The notes under the pieces were generated by a model. That model searched no databases, had not been told where the DNA came from, and worked only from the letters and a program-made list of their open reading frames with translations. Both the position numbers and the translations under genes were made by a program. A stretch of DNA of 61,828 bases, counting the filler. It is 4 parts of 4 records of this genome, joined end to end, with 100 filler letters (N's around TTAATTAATTAA, not from the genome) between each part and the next. Parts side by side here need not be neighbours in the genome. Positions count along the whole stretch, not along the records: positions 1 to 24,435 come from DRR723986_3150; 3 more parts are not named here. The stretch is one strand, 5' to 3'. Position 1 is the first letter of the stretch. Every line of letters starts with the position of its first letter. Below are positions 1 through 11,013 of this stretch, in pieces.

Positions 1-269
1 TAGCTGAGCGGCAGAACGGTCATGTCCAGCAGACCGCGAGACAGCGGCTTATACTGTTCGCGCGCCTTCAAAAGCGACTGGGACGGGAAAATCTTGATGT
101 CGAGATCGACACCGGCTGCCGCCACGTCGTCGGCAACCATCTGGGCCACCTTGTGGCGAACGTCGCCGGTGGACCACTGGTGAGACAGGCGCAGCTCGGT
201 CGCGTTGGCGGTGAGCGCGCTGGCGAAAAGCGTCACGGCAGCAACCGACGCTGAGAATTTGAAGTTCAT
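1..269 (-). CDS. dctP: TRAP transporter substrate-binding protein (5' part; runs off the window start)
   Basis: Not in the ORF track; translated by hand from the ATG at 269 (GGGAGG RBS upstream): MNFKFSASVAAVTLFASALTANATELRLSHQW...IKIFPSQSLLKAREQYKPLSRGLLDM. This is a signal peptide followed by a DctP-type N-terminus. Confidence 0.85.
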   Translation of the reverse strand, partial: MNFKFSASVAAVTLFASALTANATELRLSHQWSTGDVRHKVAQMVADDVAAAGVDLDIKIFPSQSLLKAREQYKPLSRGLLDMTVLPLS

Positions 270-346
270 TTTTTCCTCCCTGATGGTTCCGGACGGGAAC
301 CGGAATTTGATCTTACCCTCATGTGATGTTTTTCTGTCAAGTCATT

Positions 347-356
347 TTGTATACAA
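347..356. promoter_or_regulatory. Perfect palindrome TTGTATACAA, likely operator of the adjacent GntR (FadR/VanR-type) regulator
   Basis: Palindrome lies between divergent dctP and gntR, next to a minus-strand TTGACA hexamer (335-340). TGTATACA cores are typical GntR-FCD operators. Confidence 0.65.
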
Positions 357-393
357 GATCGACAATATTGCGCGCGAAAAACTCCTATGCTAA

Positions 394-1059
394 ATGCGAA
401 ACATGGAAAGAAAACGATCCGACCGCATCGCGGATGCGCTTGAAGGGCTGATTTTCGACGGCACTTTCGCAGATGGCGACAGGCTGGACGAGGTTCAGCT
501 TGCCGGCCGGTTTTCGGTTTCCAGAACACCGGTCCGGGAAGCCCTTCACAGGCTTTCCCAGTCCGGTCTGGTCGTGCAGATACCCCGCCGCGGTGTCTTC
601 GTCCGGCAACCCGGTCCGGTGGAACTGATCGAAATGTTCGAAGTGATGGCAGAGCTGGAAGCCGTGAGTGCGCGCCTGGCTGCCGCGCGTATTTCCGAAA
701 CTGCCCTTGCCGATCTTCACGCTGCGAACGAGCGTTGCAAACATGCCGTCGAGGCGCAGGACACGGATGGCTACTATCTGGAAAACGAGCAGTTCCACGC
801 CATCATCTACCGCCAGTCAGGCAACCGTTTTCTGGAGCAGGAATGCCTTCGCCTTCAACGGCGTCTGCAGCCCTTCCGAAGGGTGCAGCTGCGCGTGCGC
901 GGGCGCATGAAACAATCCATGGCCGAACATGAAGACGTCGTTGCCGCCATCGAGGCTGCCGACGGTGAACGGGCGGCGGCTGCCATCCGTCGGCACGTTT
1001 CCGTACAGGGCGAGAAATTCCATCACCTGATGGCAAGCCTGAAGCCCGCAGCCGAGTAA
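394..1059 (+). CDS. GntR family transcriptional regulator (wHTH + FCD)
   Basis: FSVSRTPVREAL HTH signature; FCD motifs NEQFH and SMAEH. Confidence 0.93.
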   Translation: MRNMERKRSDRIADALEGLIFDGTFADGDRLDEVQLAGRFSVSRTPVREALHRLSQSGLVVQIPRRGVFVRQPGPVELIEMFEVMAELEAVSARLAAARISETALADLHAANERCKHAVEAQDTDGYYLENEQFHAIIYRQSGNRFLEQECLRLQRRLQPFRRVQLRVRGRMKQSMAEHEDVVAAIEAADGERAAAAIRRHVSVQGEKFHHLMASLKPAAE

Positions 1060-1065
1060 GCCCTT

Positions 1066-2130
1066 CTAGAACTCGAAAACCCGGCCATGCTGCTGACGGT
1101 CCGCGGCAGGACTTGTGCCGAGGGCAGACCGGTAGCGTTTCGAAAAATGGGACGCGCTGGCAAAGCCGCAGGCCATCGCGATGTCGATCATGCGCATTGA
1201 GGTGCGGCAGACGAGCTGGCGAGCAATGTCCAGACGAACCTTTGCGTAATATTCCTGCGGGCTGCACTTCAGATATTTCTGGAATTCCCGCTGCAACTGG
1301 CGGGGGCTGACGTCCAGTTTCTGCGCGATCTCCTGCAAGGAGAGCGGCTCGACGACGTTCTCCGTCATCAGGGCGATGCTGCTGCGCACCCGCTGCGAGA
1401 CGGATTTCAGATCATCACGCATGTGCTTGTGCTGCCGCTCGTTGCCACTGCGCCAGTCGTGATGAAGGGCAATTTCGGCGACGTCCGCAGCAACCGCGCC
1501 ACCGTGGACCTGGGCCACAAAGCCGATCATCAAATCGAGCGCGGAGGTTCCCCCGGCACAGGTCATGTACTTGCCGTCCGTCTGAATGAGGCTGTCCACC
1601 AGCCGCGCATCCGGGAACCGTTCCTTGAAGAAATCGGCATATTCCCAGTGGATCGTGCAGTTCCTGTTGTCCAGCAGGCCGAAGTCGGCCAACACATAGG
1701 CACCAGTGCAGATGCCTGCGATCCGGCTGGAGCGGTTGGCCAGTTTCCGGATCGCAACCTTCTGGGCCAGTGTCAGCCCAATGCGCTCCACATCATCACT
1801 GCTGCAGACCGCAAGAAGATCCGGTCGCTCGACATCGCCGATGGCGCAGTCGGCCCGTATGGTGCTGCCGTTGCTGGCAACGGCGTCGCTGCCGTCCAGA
1901 CTGCAGCAGCGATATGTGAAGGCCTTGCGTTTCAACACCTTGTTCGCGATCCGCAGAGGCTCGATTGCAGAGGCAAAGGATAGCAGGGAAAAATTTCTCA
2001 TGAGCAGAAAGCAGATCTCGACGGTTCGCGAGGCAAGCGCCTCTCCGCCGTCATCCCCTTCACTTCGGCCGGGGGCCGGCGAGGATTTCCGCCCTGGGGA
2101 AACTTGTGCTTCGTCCAATCTAGCGCTCAC
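1066..2130 (-). CDS. GlxA-family AraC regulator (DJ-1/GATase-like domain + AraC HTH)
   Basis: ICTGAYVLA, TIHWE, TCAGGTSALDL and C-terminal IAMACGFASASHFSKRY. Start uncertain. Confidence 0.9.
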   Translation of the reverse strand: MSARLDEAQVSPGRKSSPAPGRSEGDDGGEALASRTVEICFLLMRNFSLLSFASAIEPLRIANKVLKRKAFTYRCCSLDGSDAVASNGSTIRADCAIGDVERPDLLAVCSSDDVERIGLTLAQKVAIRKLANRSSRIAGICTGAYVLADFGLLDNRNCTIHWEYADFFKERFPDARLVDSLIQTDGKYMTCAGGTSALDLMIGFVAQVHGGAVAADVAEIALHHDWRSGNERQHKHMRDDLKSVSQRVRSSIALMTENVVEPLSLQEIAQKLDVSPRQLQREFQKYLKCSPQEYYAKVRLDIARQLVCRTSMRMIDIAMACGFASASHFSKRYRSALGTSPAADRQQHGRVFEF

Positions 2131-2403
2131 AGGTATCCTGCCTTCACCATCTTCATCGGCTCGAACCGATCTTGAAGAACCTTCAGCCGGAAATTTAGCA
2201 GCCTGAAAAGCTGCTCCCTATCGGGAAACCGGACTACATTGTCGCAGTTCTTCCGTTGCGCTACCTCGCACACGCCTCACGAAAGAGACCGCCGTTGTGG
2301 TTTACAGGCTCCCAGAATCATCGATAGTACACAGGTCTTGAGCTCTTCATGAACGGTGCGACCCATCCCGGGGCACCGGAGTGACCAACCGAAGGAACAT
2401 TTC

Positions 2404-2997
2404 ATGCTCTACCGCCTCGGCCTTGCCACCGCGTTCGGCCTGTTGACCGCCTCTCCCGCCCTTGCCCATCTGGATCCGTCCGAACACGGCTCCTTTGCCG
2501 CCGGCTTCACGCATCCATTGTTCGGCACCGATCACGTGCTGGCGATGATTGCCGTTGGTCTTTGGGCTGCCCTTCTTGGCGGGCGCGCCGTCTGGGCTCT
2601 GCCGACCGCCTTCGTCGGTGCGATGATCGTGGGATTCCTGCTCTCACTTGCCGGCGTTCCGCTGCCCTACGTCGAACCGTTCATTCTGACATCGGTTGTG
2701 GTTCTGGGTGTCGTTGTCGCCCTTGCCTTGCGCCTGCCACTTGGCGTGTGTGCGGCACTGGTGGGGGTGTTCGGCATATGTCACGGCCATGCCCACGGCG
2801 GTGAAATCGGCTCGGCTGGCGAACTTTCCTATGCCGGTGGCTTTGTTTTGGCGACCGCGCTCCTGCATGCGGCCGGGCTCCTGATCGGCTACGGCGCCAA
2901 TGTGGCCACCCGGAACGATCCCGCCTGGGCAACACGCATCATTCGCAGCCTGGGTGTGCTGACGGCACTCGGCGGGCTGTATCTTGCGACAGCGTGA
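2404..2997 (+). CDS. HupE/UreJ family Ni/Co transporter
   Basis: Signal peptide ending ALA-H, HPLFGTDH and HGHAHG motifs, several TM helices; GAAGGA RBS before the ATG at 2404. Confidence 0.9.
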   Translation: MLYRLGLATAFGLLTASPALAHLDPSEHGSFAAGFTHPLFGTDHVLAMIAVGLWAALLGGRAVWALPTAFVGAMIVGFLLSLAGVPLPYVEPFILTSVVVLGVVVALALRLPLGVCAALVGVFGICHGHAHGGEIGSAGELSYAGGFVLATALLHAAGLLIGYGANVATRNDPAWATRIIRSLGVLTALGGLYLATA

Positions 2998-3047
2998 GTT
3001 CGGCGACTGATTAAAACAGCCGCGACTGTCGTCCCACTGCTCACCCA

Positions 3048-3149
3048 CATCTGAGCATGCGTGCAGCGCTGTTTCGAAGGATGGCCGGCAAACTTCAGAG
3101 CAAGGGCCCATCCTTCAAGATGGACCTGACGGTCCTTCTCAGGATGACG
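3048..3149. repeat. Degenerate palindromic intergenic element (REP/RIME-like)
   Basis: Nested inverted repeats: GAAGGATGG (3076-3084)/CCATCCTTC (3108-3116), hairpin GGACC-tgac-GGTCC (3122-3135), and outer arms CATCTGAG (3048)/CTCAGGATG (3138). Lies between convergent genes. Confidence 0.55.
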
Positions 3150-3206
3150 TAGAGACGGGATGGCAGACAGGGCAGAACACCGAACGGGTAGCCGGTAAAA
3201 GAGATC

Positions 3207-4070
3207 TCAGCCGATCTCGATATCCAGACCCAGATCCAGAACCGGAGCCGAATGGGTGATCCAGCCTGAGGAGATCAGGTCAACCCCGGCTTCGGCGACG
3301 GCCTTGACCGTATCGAGCTCTATTCCACCGGATGCTTCCAGTAGAACCTTGCCTCCGGCCTTTGCGACGGCCTGCTTCAAAACTTCAGGCGGCATGTTAT
3401 CGAGCATGACCACGTCCGGACCGGCGGCAAGTGCCTCGTCCAGCTGTTCCAGCGTGTCAACTTCCACCTCGATCTTCACCAGATGACCGGCGAATGCCTT
3501 GGCGGCTTCGATGGCTTGCATCACACCGCCGGCGACCGCGATGTGGTTGTCCTTGATCAGGATCGCATCGTCGAGACCGAAACGATGGTTGGAACCGCCG
3601 CCACATTTCACCGCATATTTCTCGAACGCACGCAGACCCGGTGTCGTCTTGCGGGTGCAGACGATGTCCGCCTTGGTGTGTGCGATCAGATCGGCGAATT
3701 TCGACGTAGCCGTCGCAATGCCTGACAAGTGACCCAGGAAGTTCAGCGCCACCCGTTCAGCGGCCAGAAGCGCGCGGGCCGGACCCTCGATCCGGGCGAC
3801 GACTGCCTTGGGTGACAGCCGGTCACCATCTGCCAGAACGGCCTCGAAATGCAAACCGGCATCCGTCTGACGAAAAGCGCTCTCGGCGAAGGCCAGCCCG
3901 GCGAGAACACCCGGTTTGCGCGCGGCAATCACGGCGGAGGCTTTTGCATCGGGTGGCAGCGTTGCCTGGCTGGTGACGTCACCCGCCCGGCCCCAGTCTT
4001 CCAGAAGAGCGGCCTTCACGGCTTCATCCACCATCAGGCGTGGCAGCTCGGGCAAAAATCTACGGGTCAT
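3207..4070 (-). CDS. nadC: Nicotinate-nucleotide diphosphorylase (quinolinate phosphoribosyltransferase)
   Basis: TRKTTPG, HRFGL, LIKDNH, IEVEVD, MLDNM and EASGGI motifs; operon with nadAB. Confidence 0.97.
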   Translation of the reverse strand: MTRRFLPELPRLMVDEAVKAALLEDWGRAGDVTSQATLPPDAKASAVIAARKPGVLAGLAFAESAFRQTDAGLHFEAVLADGDRLSPKAVVARIEGPARALLAAERVALNFLGHLSGIATATSKFADLIAHTKADIVCTRKTTPGLRAFEKYAVKCGGGSNHRFGLDDAILIKDNHIAVAGGVMQAIEAAKAFAGHLVKIEVEVDTLEQLDEALAAGPDVVMLDNMPPEVLKQAVAKAGGKVLLEASGGIELDTVKAVAEAGVDLISSGWITHSAPVLDLGLDIEIG

Positions 4071-4082
4071 GCGCCTCTCCGG

Positions 4083-5684
4083 TCAGGCAGTTTCCAGGGC
4101 CTCGGCGGTGATGGCTTCGACTTCCTTCAAGGTGGTATAGGAGCGGCTTGCCATGTCAGGGTTTTCCTGCGGGAAATCCTTGCGGAAATGCCCGCCACGG
4201 CTTTCCTCGCGCTTCAGCGCCGCCGCGGTGATGATACGCCCGGCGACCATCATGTTGAGGATCGACTGGCGCACGCAATTCTGTTCAACCTGCGCAATAT
4301 CGGCCAGGGCCGTCTTGAGGCCGGCCGCGTCGCGCAGCACGCCGACATTGCGCGCCAGTGTCTTGCGCAGAACGGTGATCGCTTCCCGCTCCTCGACGTT
4401 GCGCTGGCTCGGCAAGCCAGGAGCATCGTCCATCTCGTTCCAGTAGGCACTGCGCGGGGTCGGCATCAGGCCCTGGATATCTTCCGCGATGCGCGCGGCA
4501 AAAACGACCGCCTCCAGCAGCGAATTGGATGCCAGGCGGTTGGCGCCGTGGGCACCGGTTGAAGCCACTTCACCCGCGGCCCACAGACCGTCAAGCGACG
4601 TCCGGCCGTTGGCATCGGTCAGGACCCCGCCCATGTGATAATGCTCCGCGGGCGCCACAGGCAGCAGATCCTTTGCCGGATCGATACCCGCTGCGGAGGC
4701 TGCGGCGAAGACGGTCGGAAAATCGTCCTTGAACCTTTCGCCGATCGCTGTCCGGCAGTCGAGGAAGGCCCCCCGGCCTTCGGACACCTCCCGGTGAATG
4801 GCCCGGGCAACGATGTCGCGCGGCGCCAGTTCCAATTCCGGGTGAACACCTTCCATGAAGCGTTCGCCGGCCTTGTTGACGAGGGTAGCTCCCTCGCCGC
4901 GCAGGGCTTCGGTTGCCAGAGGTGCCGGATCCTTGCCGAGATCAAGCGCGGTCGGGTGAAACTGCACGAATTCGGCATCGGCAATCACCGCACCGGCGCG
5001 GGCCGCCATGGCAAGGCCATGACCGTTGGCTTCGTGCGGGTTGGTCGTCAGTTCGTAGAGGTGACCGATGCCGCCGGAAGCAAGCACCACGGCCTTTGCC
5101 GGGAATATCAGCCGTTCCAGGCCGCCGCGCCGGCGCGCCAGGACCCCGGTTACATACCGTCCCTCGCCGATGAAGCTTTCGCCGATGTAGCCTTCCAGAA
5201 TACGGATCGACGGTGTCTTGCGAACAGCGGCGATCAGGGCATCCATGATCGCCCGGCCTGCCATGTCGCCGCGCACACGTACGACCCGGCTCTGGGAATG
5301 GGCGGCTTCGCGCGAAAACTTCAGCCGGCCTTCAAGATCCTGATCGAACGGAACGCCATAGGACAAGAGGTCATGAACCCGGGCACTGCCTTCGCGGGTC
5401 ATCTCTTCGACGATCTTTTCCTCGCAGATGCCGCAGCCGGCCGCCAGCGTATCGTCGCGGTGTTTTTCCACCGAGTCCTGCTCGGAGATCGCAGCGGCAA
5501 TGCCGCCCTGCGCCCAGGCAGAGGACGCTCCCTGCCCGATCGGTGCGTTGGTGATGACGGTGACCGGACGCGGGCTGAGCTTCAGCGCGCAGAAAAGGCC
5601 TGCCAGACCTCCCCCCAGAATGACGACATCATCCACATCCTTGCCTATATAGGCAGGTGCAAAATCCTCAACCGACACGGCCAT
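4083..5684 (-). CDS. nadB: L-aspartate oxidase
   Basis: GGGLAG FAD motif, [46 protein letters not shown]; start taken at MAVSV. Confidence 0.96.
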   Translation of the reverse strand: MAVSVEDFAPAYIGKDVDDVVILGGGLAGLFCALKLSPRPVTVITNAPIGQGASSAWAQGGIAAAISEQDSVEKHRDDTLAAGCGICEEKIVEEMTREGSARVHDLLSYGVPFDQDLEGRLKFSREAAHSQSRVVRVRGDMAGRAIMDALIAAVRKTPSIRILEGYIGESFIGEGRYVTGVLARRRGGLERLIFPAKAVVLASGGIGHLYELTTNPHEANGHGLAMAARAGAVIADAEFVQFHPTALDLGKDPAPLATEALRGEGATLVNKAGERFMEGVHPELELAPRDIVARAIHREVSEGRGAFLDCRTAIGERFKDDFPTVFAAASAAGIDPAKDLLPVAPAEHYHMGGVLTDANGRTSLDGLWAAGEVASTGAHGANRLASNSLLEAVVFAARIAEDIQGLMPTPRSAYWNEMDDAPGLPSQRNVEEREAITVLRKTLARNVGVLRDAAGLKTALADIAQVEQNCVRQSILNMMVAGRIITAAALKREESRGGHFRKDFPQENPDMASRSYTTLKEVEAITAEALETA

Positions 5685-5783
5685 GGGAAACTTCCTGGAA
5701 CAGACGGGGCAAAAGCCCCAAAGAAACTCCCGGGCCGGCAGGCCCGGAAGCAATCGCATAGATGCGGTTTAGACCGAAGCCGG

Positions 5784-6866
5784 TCAGATTTTCAAGTTGA
5801 TCATCCGCTCGACCGCGGTGCGGGCCCTGTCGGCCACCGCCGGGTCGACGACCACTTCCTCTTTCATCTCCAGAAGAGTGTCGAGGATCTTGTTCAGCGT
5901 GATCCGCTTCATGTGCGGGCAAAGGTTGCAAGGGCGGATGTAGTCGACACCCGGCGTTTCGCTGGCAACATTGTCCGCCATGGAGCACTCGGTGATCATC
6001 ATCACCTTTTCCGGACGCTTTGTCTTGACCCAGTCGATCATGTGCGCGGTGGAACCGGCAAAGTCGGCTTCCGCGACCACTTCGGGCGGGCACTCCGGAT
6101 GGGCAATGATCTTCACGTTCGGTTCGATCTTGCGATAGTCACGCAGCTCTTCCGCGGTGAAGCGTTCATGCACTTCGCAGGCACCGTCCCAGACCAGAAC
6201 CTCGACGTCGGTCTTGTTGCCGACATTTGCGGCCAGATACTTGTCCGGGATCAGGAACACCTTGTCGACGCCGAAGCTTTCCACGACCTGCAGCGCGTTG
6301 GAAGACGTGCAGCAGATGTCGCATTCCGCCTTCACATCGGCAGACGTGTTCACGTAGGTGATGATCGGGATGCCGGGGTTCCGCTCGCGCAGGGCCCGCA
6401 CATCGGCACCGGTGATGGATTCAGCCAGCGAGCAGCCTGCACGCATGTCCGGGATCAGCACGGTCTTTTCCGGGCTCAGGATCTTCGAGGTTTCTGCCAT
6501 GAAGTGCACGCCGCACTGGACGATGACTTCCGCATCGGTGCGGGTCGCCTCGATGGCCAGCTGCAGGCTGTCGCCAACGATATCGGCAACACCGTGGTAG
6601 ATATCCGGCGTCATGTAGTTGTGCGCCAGGATAACCGCGTTGCGCTGCTTCTTCAGCTTGTTGATCGCATGGATGGTCGGCGCCAGAGCAGGCCATTCGA
6701 TGGCCGGGATGATGTGCTTGACCTTCTCGTAGATCGGCGCAGTCGCCTCTGCGACCTCCGGCGTATAACGCAGGTCCGGGCGCTCCAGCTTGCCGAAACG
6801 CTCCAGTGCCGTCAGTCCGGCGGCAATCGGTGCTCCAACCGGTGCTTTGGTCTGGGCAATGGTCAT
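5784..6866 (-). CDS. nadA: Quinolinate synthase
   Basis: [36 protein letters not shown] and CPHMK motifs (three 4Fe-4S cysteines). Confidence 0.97.
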   Translation of the reverse strand: MTIAQTKAPVGAPIAAGLTALERFGKLERPDLRYTPEVAEATAPIYEKVKHIIPAIEWPALAPTIHAINKLKKQRNAVILAHNYMTPDIYHGVADIVGDSLQLAIEATRTDAEVIVQCGVHFMAETSKILSPEKTVLIPDMRAGCSLAESITGADVRALRERNPGIPIITYVNTSADVKAECDICCTSSNALQVVESFGVDKVFLIPDKYLAANVGNKTDVEVLVWDGACEVHERFTAEELRDYRKIEPNVKIIAHPECPPEVVAEADFAGSTAHMIDWVKTKRPEKVMMITECSMADNVASETPGVDYIRPCNLCPHMKRITLNKILDTLLEMKEEVVVDPAVADRARTAVERMINLKI

Positions 6867-6918
6867 GGCGACCTCCCTTTTTTGCGCGGCGCGAGGGGTA
6901 TTTTGTGCCGCTATTTAA

Positions 6919-6939
6919 TTATACTCAACTTGAGCATAT
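6919..6939. promoter_or_regulatory. NadQ-type operator upstream of nadABC
   Basis: TTATACTCAACTTGAGCATAT matches the alphaproteobacterial NadQ palindrome ttATRCTCannntGAGYATAa (consensus recalled). A weaker copy lies at 6975-6995. Confidence 0.8.
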
Positions 6940-7329
6940 CAGAGGCAAAAGAAAACGGGCGGTGATGCCCATACTTTTGCTCTTTCGGAGTTTATATAGT
7001 CATCAGCAAATCGAAAATCTACATAAATCCGAAAAATTCTCGCATGGAATCCGATTCGCCTTTGTTTTCCTGAGCTTAAGGCGCAACTTTTCCGTTTCCG
7101 GAAAGCCGGCTAACAATTATCGCCTTCACACACGAGATGCAAACGGCAAAACCAACCAGGCTCTGACAGCATCTGCTGCTGCGTTTACACCGCGAACGCG
7201 CGACGCACTGGCGTGATCCAAGTTTTGCCGTTCCATTTGCAACGTTGATCAATCCATCAAAATTACGCGTTTTGCGATTGGATGGCTTCAGACTATTCCT
7301 ATCGTAATATCACGATCAGAGACACATCC

Positions 7330-8565
7330 ATGACAACAGCTTCCTCCACCGGCCGGGTCGGCCCGAATATCCCGCTGGTGATTTCCTGCGGCTGTTTGAT
7401 CGCGCTCATTTCGTTCGGGCCGCGTTCCGCAATGGGCCTGTTCTTTCAGCCCATGACCGAGGCCAGGGACTGGAGCCGCGAGATCTTCGCACTGGCACTG
7501 GCGATCCAGAACCTTATGTGGGGCATCGGACAGCCGATCGCCGGCATGATGGCCGACCGTTTCGGAACCTGGAAGACCATGACACTTGGCGCGGTCCTCT
7601 ACTGTGCCGGCCTTTTGCTGATGATCGACGCGGAGAGCACCGTCGCCCTGCACATTTCCGCAGGTGTACTCATCGGGCTCGGCATTGCGTGTTCGTCCTT
7701 CTCGCTGGTTCTGGCGGCTTTCGGCCGTGCCGTCTCGCCTTCACAGAGAACGCTGGCCTTCGGTATCGGCACAGCCTCCGGATCTCTCGGCCAGTTCCTG
7801 TTTGCCCCACTTGGTGGCACGCTGATTGCCAGCATCGGCTGGCAGCAGACCCTCATCGTCTTCGCCGGCCTTGTGGCAATTGTTCCGCTTCTGGCGATCG
7901 CGCTCAGGGGCAAGTCGGAGATGCCGAAAGACAGCAATCCGGCGAATGACCAGAAGCTGACCTCCGCCATTTCCGAAGCCTTCGGAACACGCGGATTTAT
8001 CCTGCTCACCTTCGGCTTTTTCGTCTGCGGCTTTCACGTCGCCTTCATCACGGTGCACCTGCCGCCCTATATCGCCGACCTTGGGCTTGACCCCGCCTGG
8101 GGCGCTACGGCCATCGCCCTCATCGGTCTTTGCAACATCGCGGGTTCGCTGCTGTCAGGATATATTTCCGGCCGCTATTCCAAGCCGATCTTCCTGTCGC
8201 TGATCTACCTTGGCCGCGCCGTCGCGATTTTCGCCTTCATCATGCTGCCGGTCACGCCTGCCTCGGTGCTCGTGTTCTCCGGCGTGATGGGTCTCCTGTG
8301 GCTGTCGACCGTGCCGCCGACATCGGGCCTCGTCGCCGTCATGTTCGGGCCGCGCTACATGGCAACCCTGTTCGGCTTCGTCTTCCTGTCGCACCAGGTC
8401 GGCTCGTTCCTGGGTGTGTGGCTCGGCGGCAAGATCTACGACGAAACAGGCTCCTATGACGCCATCTGGTGGCTGGGCATCGCCCTCGGCATCTTCGCCG
8501 CCATCGTGCACTGGCCGATCCAGGAAAAACCCGTTGACCGGCTCGCTGCTGCACCTGCCGAGTAA
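7330..8565 (+). CDS. MFS transporter
   Basis: About 12 hydrophobic segments, GMMADRFG motif A, GFFVCGFH and SHQVGSFLG. Confidence 0.92.
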   Translation: MTTASSTGRVGPNIPLVISCGCLIALISFGPRSAMGLFFQPMTEARDWSREIFALALAIQNLMWGIGQPIAGMMADRFGTWKTMTLGAVLYCAGLLLMIDAESTVALHISAGVLIGLGIACSSFSLVLAAFGRAVSPSQRTLAFGIGTASGSLGQFLFAPLGGTLIASIGWQQTLIVFAGLVAIVPLLAIALRGKSEMPKDSNPANDQKLTSAISEAFGTRGFILLTFGFFVCGFHVAFITVHLPPYIADLGLDPAWGATAIALIGLCNIAGSLLSGYISGRYSKPIFLSLIYLGRAVAIFAFIMLPVTPASVLVFSGVMGLLWLSTVPPTSGLVAVMFGPRYMATLFGFVFLSHQVGSFLGVWLGGKIYDETGSYDAIWWLGIALGIFAAIVHWPIQEKPVDRLAAAPAE

Positions 8566-8607
8566 GAGACGCCGGATCTTCAAACTTGAACGTTGAGGCA
8601 CAGAACG

Positions 8608-8637
8608 AAAAAGGCGGGCTCAAGGCCCGCCTTTTTT
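8608..8637. terminator. Bidirectional intrinsic terminator between the MFS gene and glyS
   Basis: AAAAAGGCGGGC-tcaag-GCCCGCCTTTTTT. Confidence 0.85.
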
Positions 8638-8675
8638 GTTTGTCAGTACAATTTCGCTTAGCCGGCCAATTCCGT

Positions 8676-10763
8676 TTACCCAGCCACTTTCGAGAAGTCC
8701 GCCACCACGTGGGTCGCATCGCGGATTTCAGCAAGGAGCTGCAGGCGGTTCATGCGCAGCGTGGCGTCCTCGGCATTGACCAGGATATCGTCGAAGAAAC
8801 GGTCGACCGGAGCACGCAATTTCGACAGCGCTTCCATTGCCCCTTCGAAGTTCTCGCTTGCCACGGCGTCGGCCGCTTCAGCCCGGGCCACATCGATGGC
8901 AGCGGCCAGATCGATTTCGGCCTGCTCCTGGAAGTGGTCGGCGTGCGGCTTGCCGGAAACAGGGCTGCCGTCCTTCTTTTCCTCGGCCTTCAGAATATTG
9001 ACCGCACGCTTGTAACCAGCCAGCAGGTTGGTGCCGTCGTCGGACGATACGAACTTGCCAAGCGCCTCGACACGGCGAACCACCATCAGGAGATCGTCCT
9101 GGCCTTCCAATGCAAAGACCGCGTCGATCAGATCGTGGCGCGCACCTTCATCCTTCAGGTGGACTTTCAGGCGATCGCCGAAGAAGGACAGCAGATCGGC
9201 TACAAGGGCTGCGGGATCGCTCGCTTCAACACCTTGAAGATCCAGAGCGCAACGAATGGCATCGCCCAGCCTGATCCTGAGGTTGCTTTCCAGAATGATC
9301 CGGATCACGCCCAGGGCGGCCCGGCGTAGCGCATAGGGGTCCTTGGAGCCGGTCGGTTTTTCGTCGATCGCCCAGAAACCTGCGAGCAGGTCCAACTTTT
9401 CGGCAAGGGCTACTGCAACGGCGACCGGGTCGGTCGGCACGCTGTCACTAGGTCCCTGCGGCTTGTAATGCTCTTCGATAGCCGTTGCCACCGACGCATC
9501 CTCGCCCTGGGCTGTTGCATAGTAGCGGCCCATGAGGCCCTGCAATTCCGGGAATTCGAACACCATGTTGGAGACAAGGTCCGCCTTGGCGAGTTCCGCC
9601 GCGCGTCTGGCCTTGGTTTCATCCGCCCCGGCAACCGTAGCCAGTTCGGCCGAAAGCGCGATCAAACGCTTCACCCGTTCGCCAACGCTGCCGAGCTTTT
9701 CGTGAAACTTCACTTCATCCAGCTTGGGCAGGTTGTCCGAAAGCTTCGACTTCAGGTCGGTTTCCCAGAAGAAGCGGGCATCGGACAGGCGTGCGCGGAT
9801 AACCTTCTCGTTGCCGGCCACGATCAGCTTGCCGCCATCGTCGGCAATGATGTTGGAAATCAGCACGAACTTGTTGGCAAGGCGCCCAGTGGCCGGGTTC
9901 TTCAGCACGAAGCACTTCTGGTTGACCTTGATGGTCAGCTGAATGCACTCGTCCGGGATCGTCAGGAAATCCTCATCGAAGCTGCCCGTCAGCACCACAG
10001 GCCATTCTACCAGCCCGGCAACCTCTTCCAGAAGGCCCGGATCCTCCACCAGATCGAGGCCTAGCGCCAGTGCACAATCCTTGGCGTCATTCTGGATGAT
10101 GTCCTTGCGGCGGTCGGCATCCAGCACGACCTTGTGCTTCTCAAGCGAAGGCGCATAGTCGTCGAAACGGCGCACGTCGAAGGCCTCGTCCGCCAGGAAG
10201 CGGTGGCCGCGTGTGGTCTTGCCCGCCTTTATGCCATCGAATTCGAACGGAACCACGTCCGGCTCTTCCGTTTCCGGACCGAAGGTCGCGACGATTGAGT
10301 GCAGCGGCCGCACCCAGCGTGTGGATCCAGTGCCCCAGCGCATGGCTTTCGGCCAGGGGAAGTTGCGCAGGATGCCCGGCATGAACTCGGCAATGACGTC
10401 GATCGCCGAACGGCCCGGCTTTTCGATCACCGCAACGTAGAAATCGCCCTTCTTCGGGTCCGTCTGGATGGTTGCCTGATCGATCGACGCCAGCCCTGCG
10501 CCTCTCAGGAAGCCTTCCAGTGCCTTTTCGGGAGACCCGACGCGCGGTCCCTTGCGTTCTTCACGTGTGGCGGCAGAGCCGGCGGGAACACCGGCAACAT
10601 GCAGGGCCAGACGCCGCGGGGTCGCGAAGGCCTTGGCACCCTCATACGGCAAACCGGCATCCACCAGCGCATTGGTCACGAGAGATTTCAGGTCTTCGGC
10701 CGCCTTGCGCTGCATGCGGGCCGGAATCTCTTCGCTGAATAGTTCAAGCAGAAGATCGGGCAT
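8676..10763 (-). CDS. glyS: Glycine--tRNA ligase beta subunit
   Basis: [39 protein letters not shown] and [13 protein letters not shown]. Confidence 0.97.
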   Translation of the reverse strand: MPDLLLELFSEEIPARMQRKAAEDLKSLVTNALVDAGLPYEGAKAFATPRRLALHVAGVPAGSAATREERKGPRVGSPEKALEGFLRGAGLASIDQATIQTDPKKGDFYVAVIEKPGRSAIDVIAEFMPGILRNFPWPKAMRWGTGSTRWVRPLHSIVATFGPETEEPDVVPFEFDGIKAGKTTRGHRFLADEAFDVRRFDDYAPSLEKHKVVLDADRRKDIIQNDAKDCALALGLDLVEDPGLLEEVAGLVEWPVVLTGSFDEDFLTIPDECIQLTIKVNQKCFVLKNPATGRLANKFVLISNIIADDGGKLIVAGNEKVIRARLSDARFFWETDLKSKLSDNLPKLDEVKFHEKLGSVGERVKRLIALSAELATVAGADETKARRAAELAKADLVSNMVFEFPELQGLMGRYYATAQGEDASVATAIEEHYKPQGPSDSVPTDPVAVAVALAEKLDLLAGFWAIDEKPTGSKDPYALRRAALGVIRIILESNLRIRLGDAIRCALDLQGVEASDPAALVADLLSFFGDRLKVHLKDEGARHDLIDAVFALEGQDDLLMVVRRVEALGKFVSSDDGTNLLAGYKRAVNILKAEEKKDGSPVSGKPHADHFQEQAEIDLAAAIDVARAEAADAVASENFEGAMEALSKLRAPVDRFFDDILVNAEDATLRMNRLQLLAEIRDATHVVADFSKVAG

Positions 10764-11013
10764 GGATATCTGGACCTTTGGTCTGGTGGAATAACACCGG
10801 AAACGGTTTGCGCCGTCCGTTACCAAGACAACGGAGACTTGTCACCCCCTTTCGCGGAACCGGACAACGGGCGGCCTGCCCATTTTGACGCCAGTCCGTC
10901 TGCTTTGTTTCACTCTTCTTCAAGGATTGCATGTGAAACTGCGCGACTTGTTAGCAGTTGTATGTATTGGGACCGACCTTGTGGCGAACCGGGAAGTTGC
11001 AGACAACAGATAT

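Noticed and set aside
2200-2400. Cobalamin riboswitch upstream of hupE
   Set aside because: Only GGGAAACCGG resembles it; the CCCGCAACTGT, GCCACTG and B12-box elements were not found.
4635-6965. 776-aa plus-strand ORF
   Set aside because: Antisense shadow of nadA/nadB produced by GC-rich codon bias; no motifs.
7246-7261. TTGAT...ATCAA as an FNR/FixK box upstream of the MFS gene
   Set aside because: The spacer is 6 nt, not 4.
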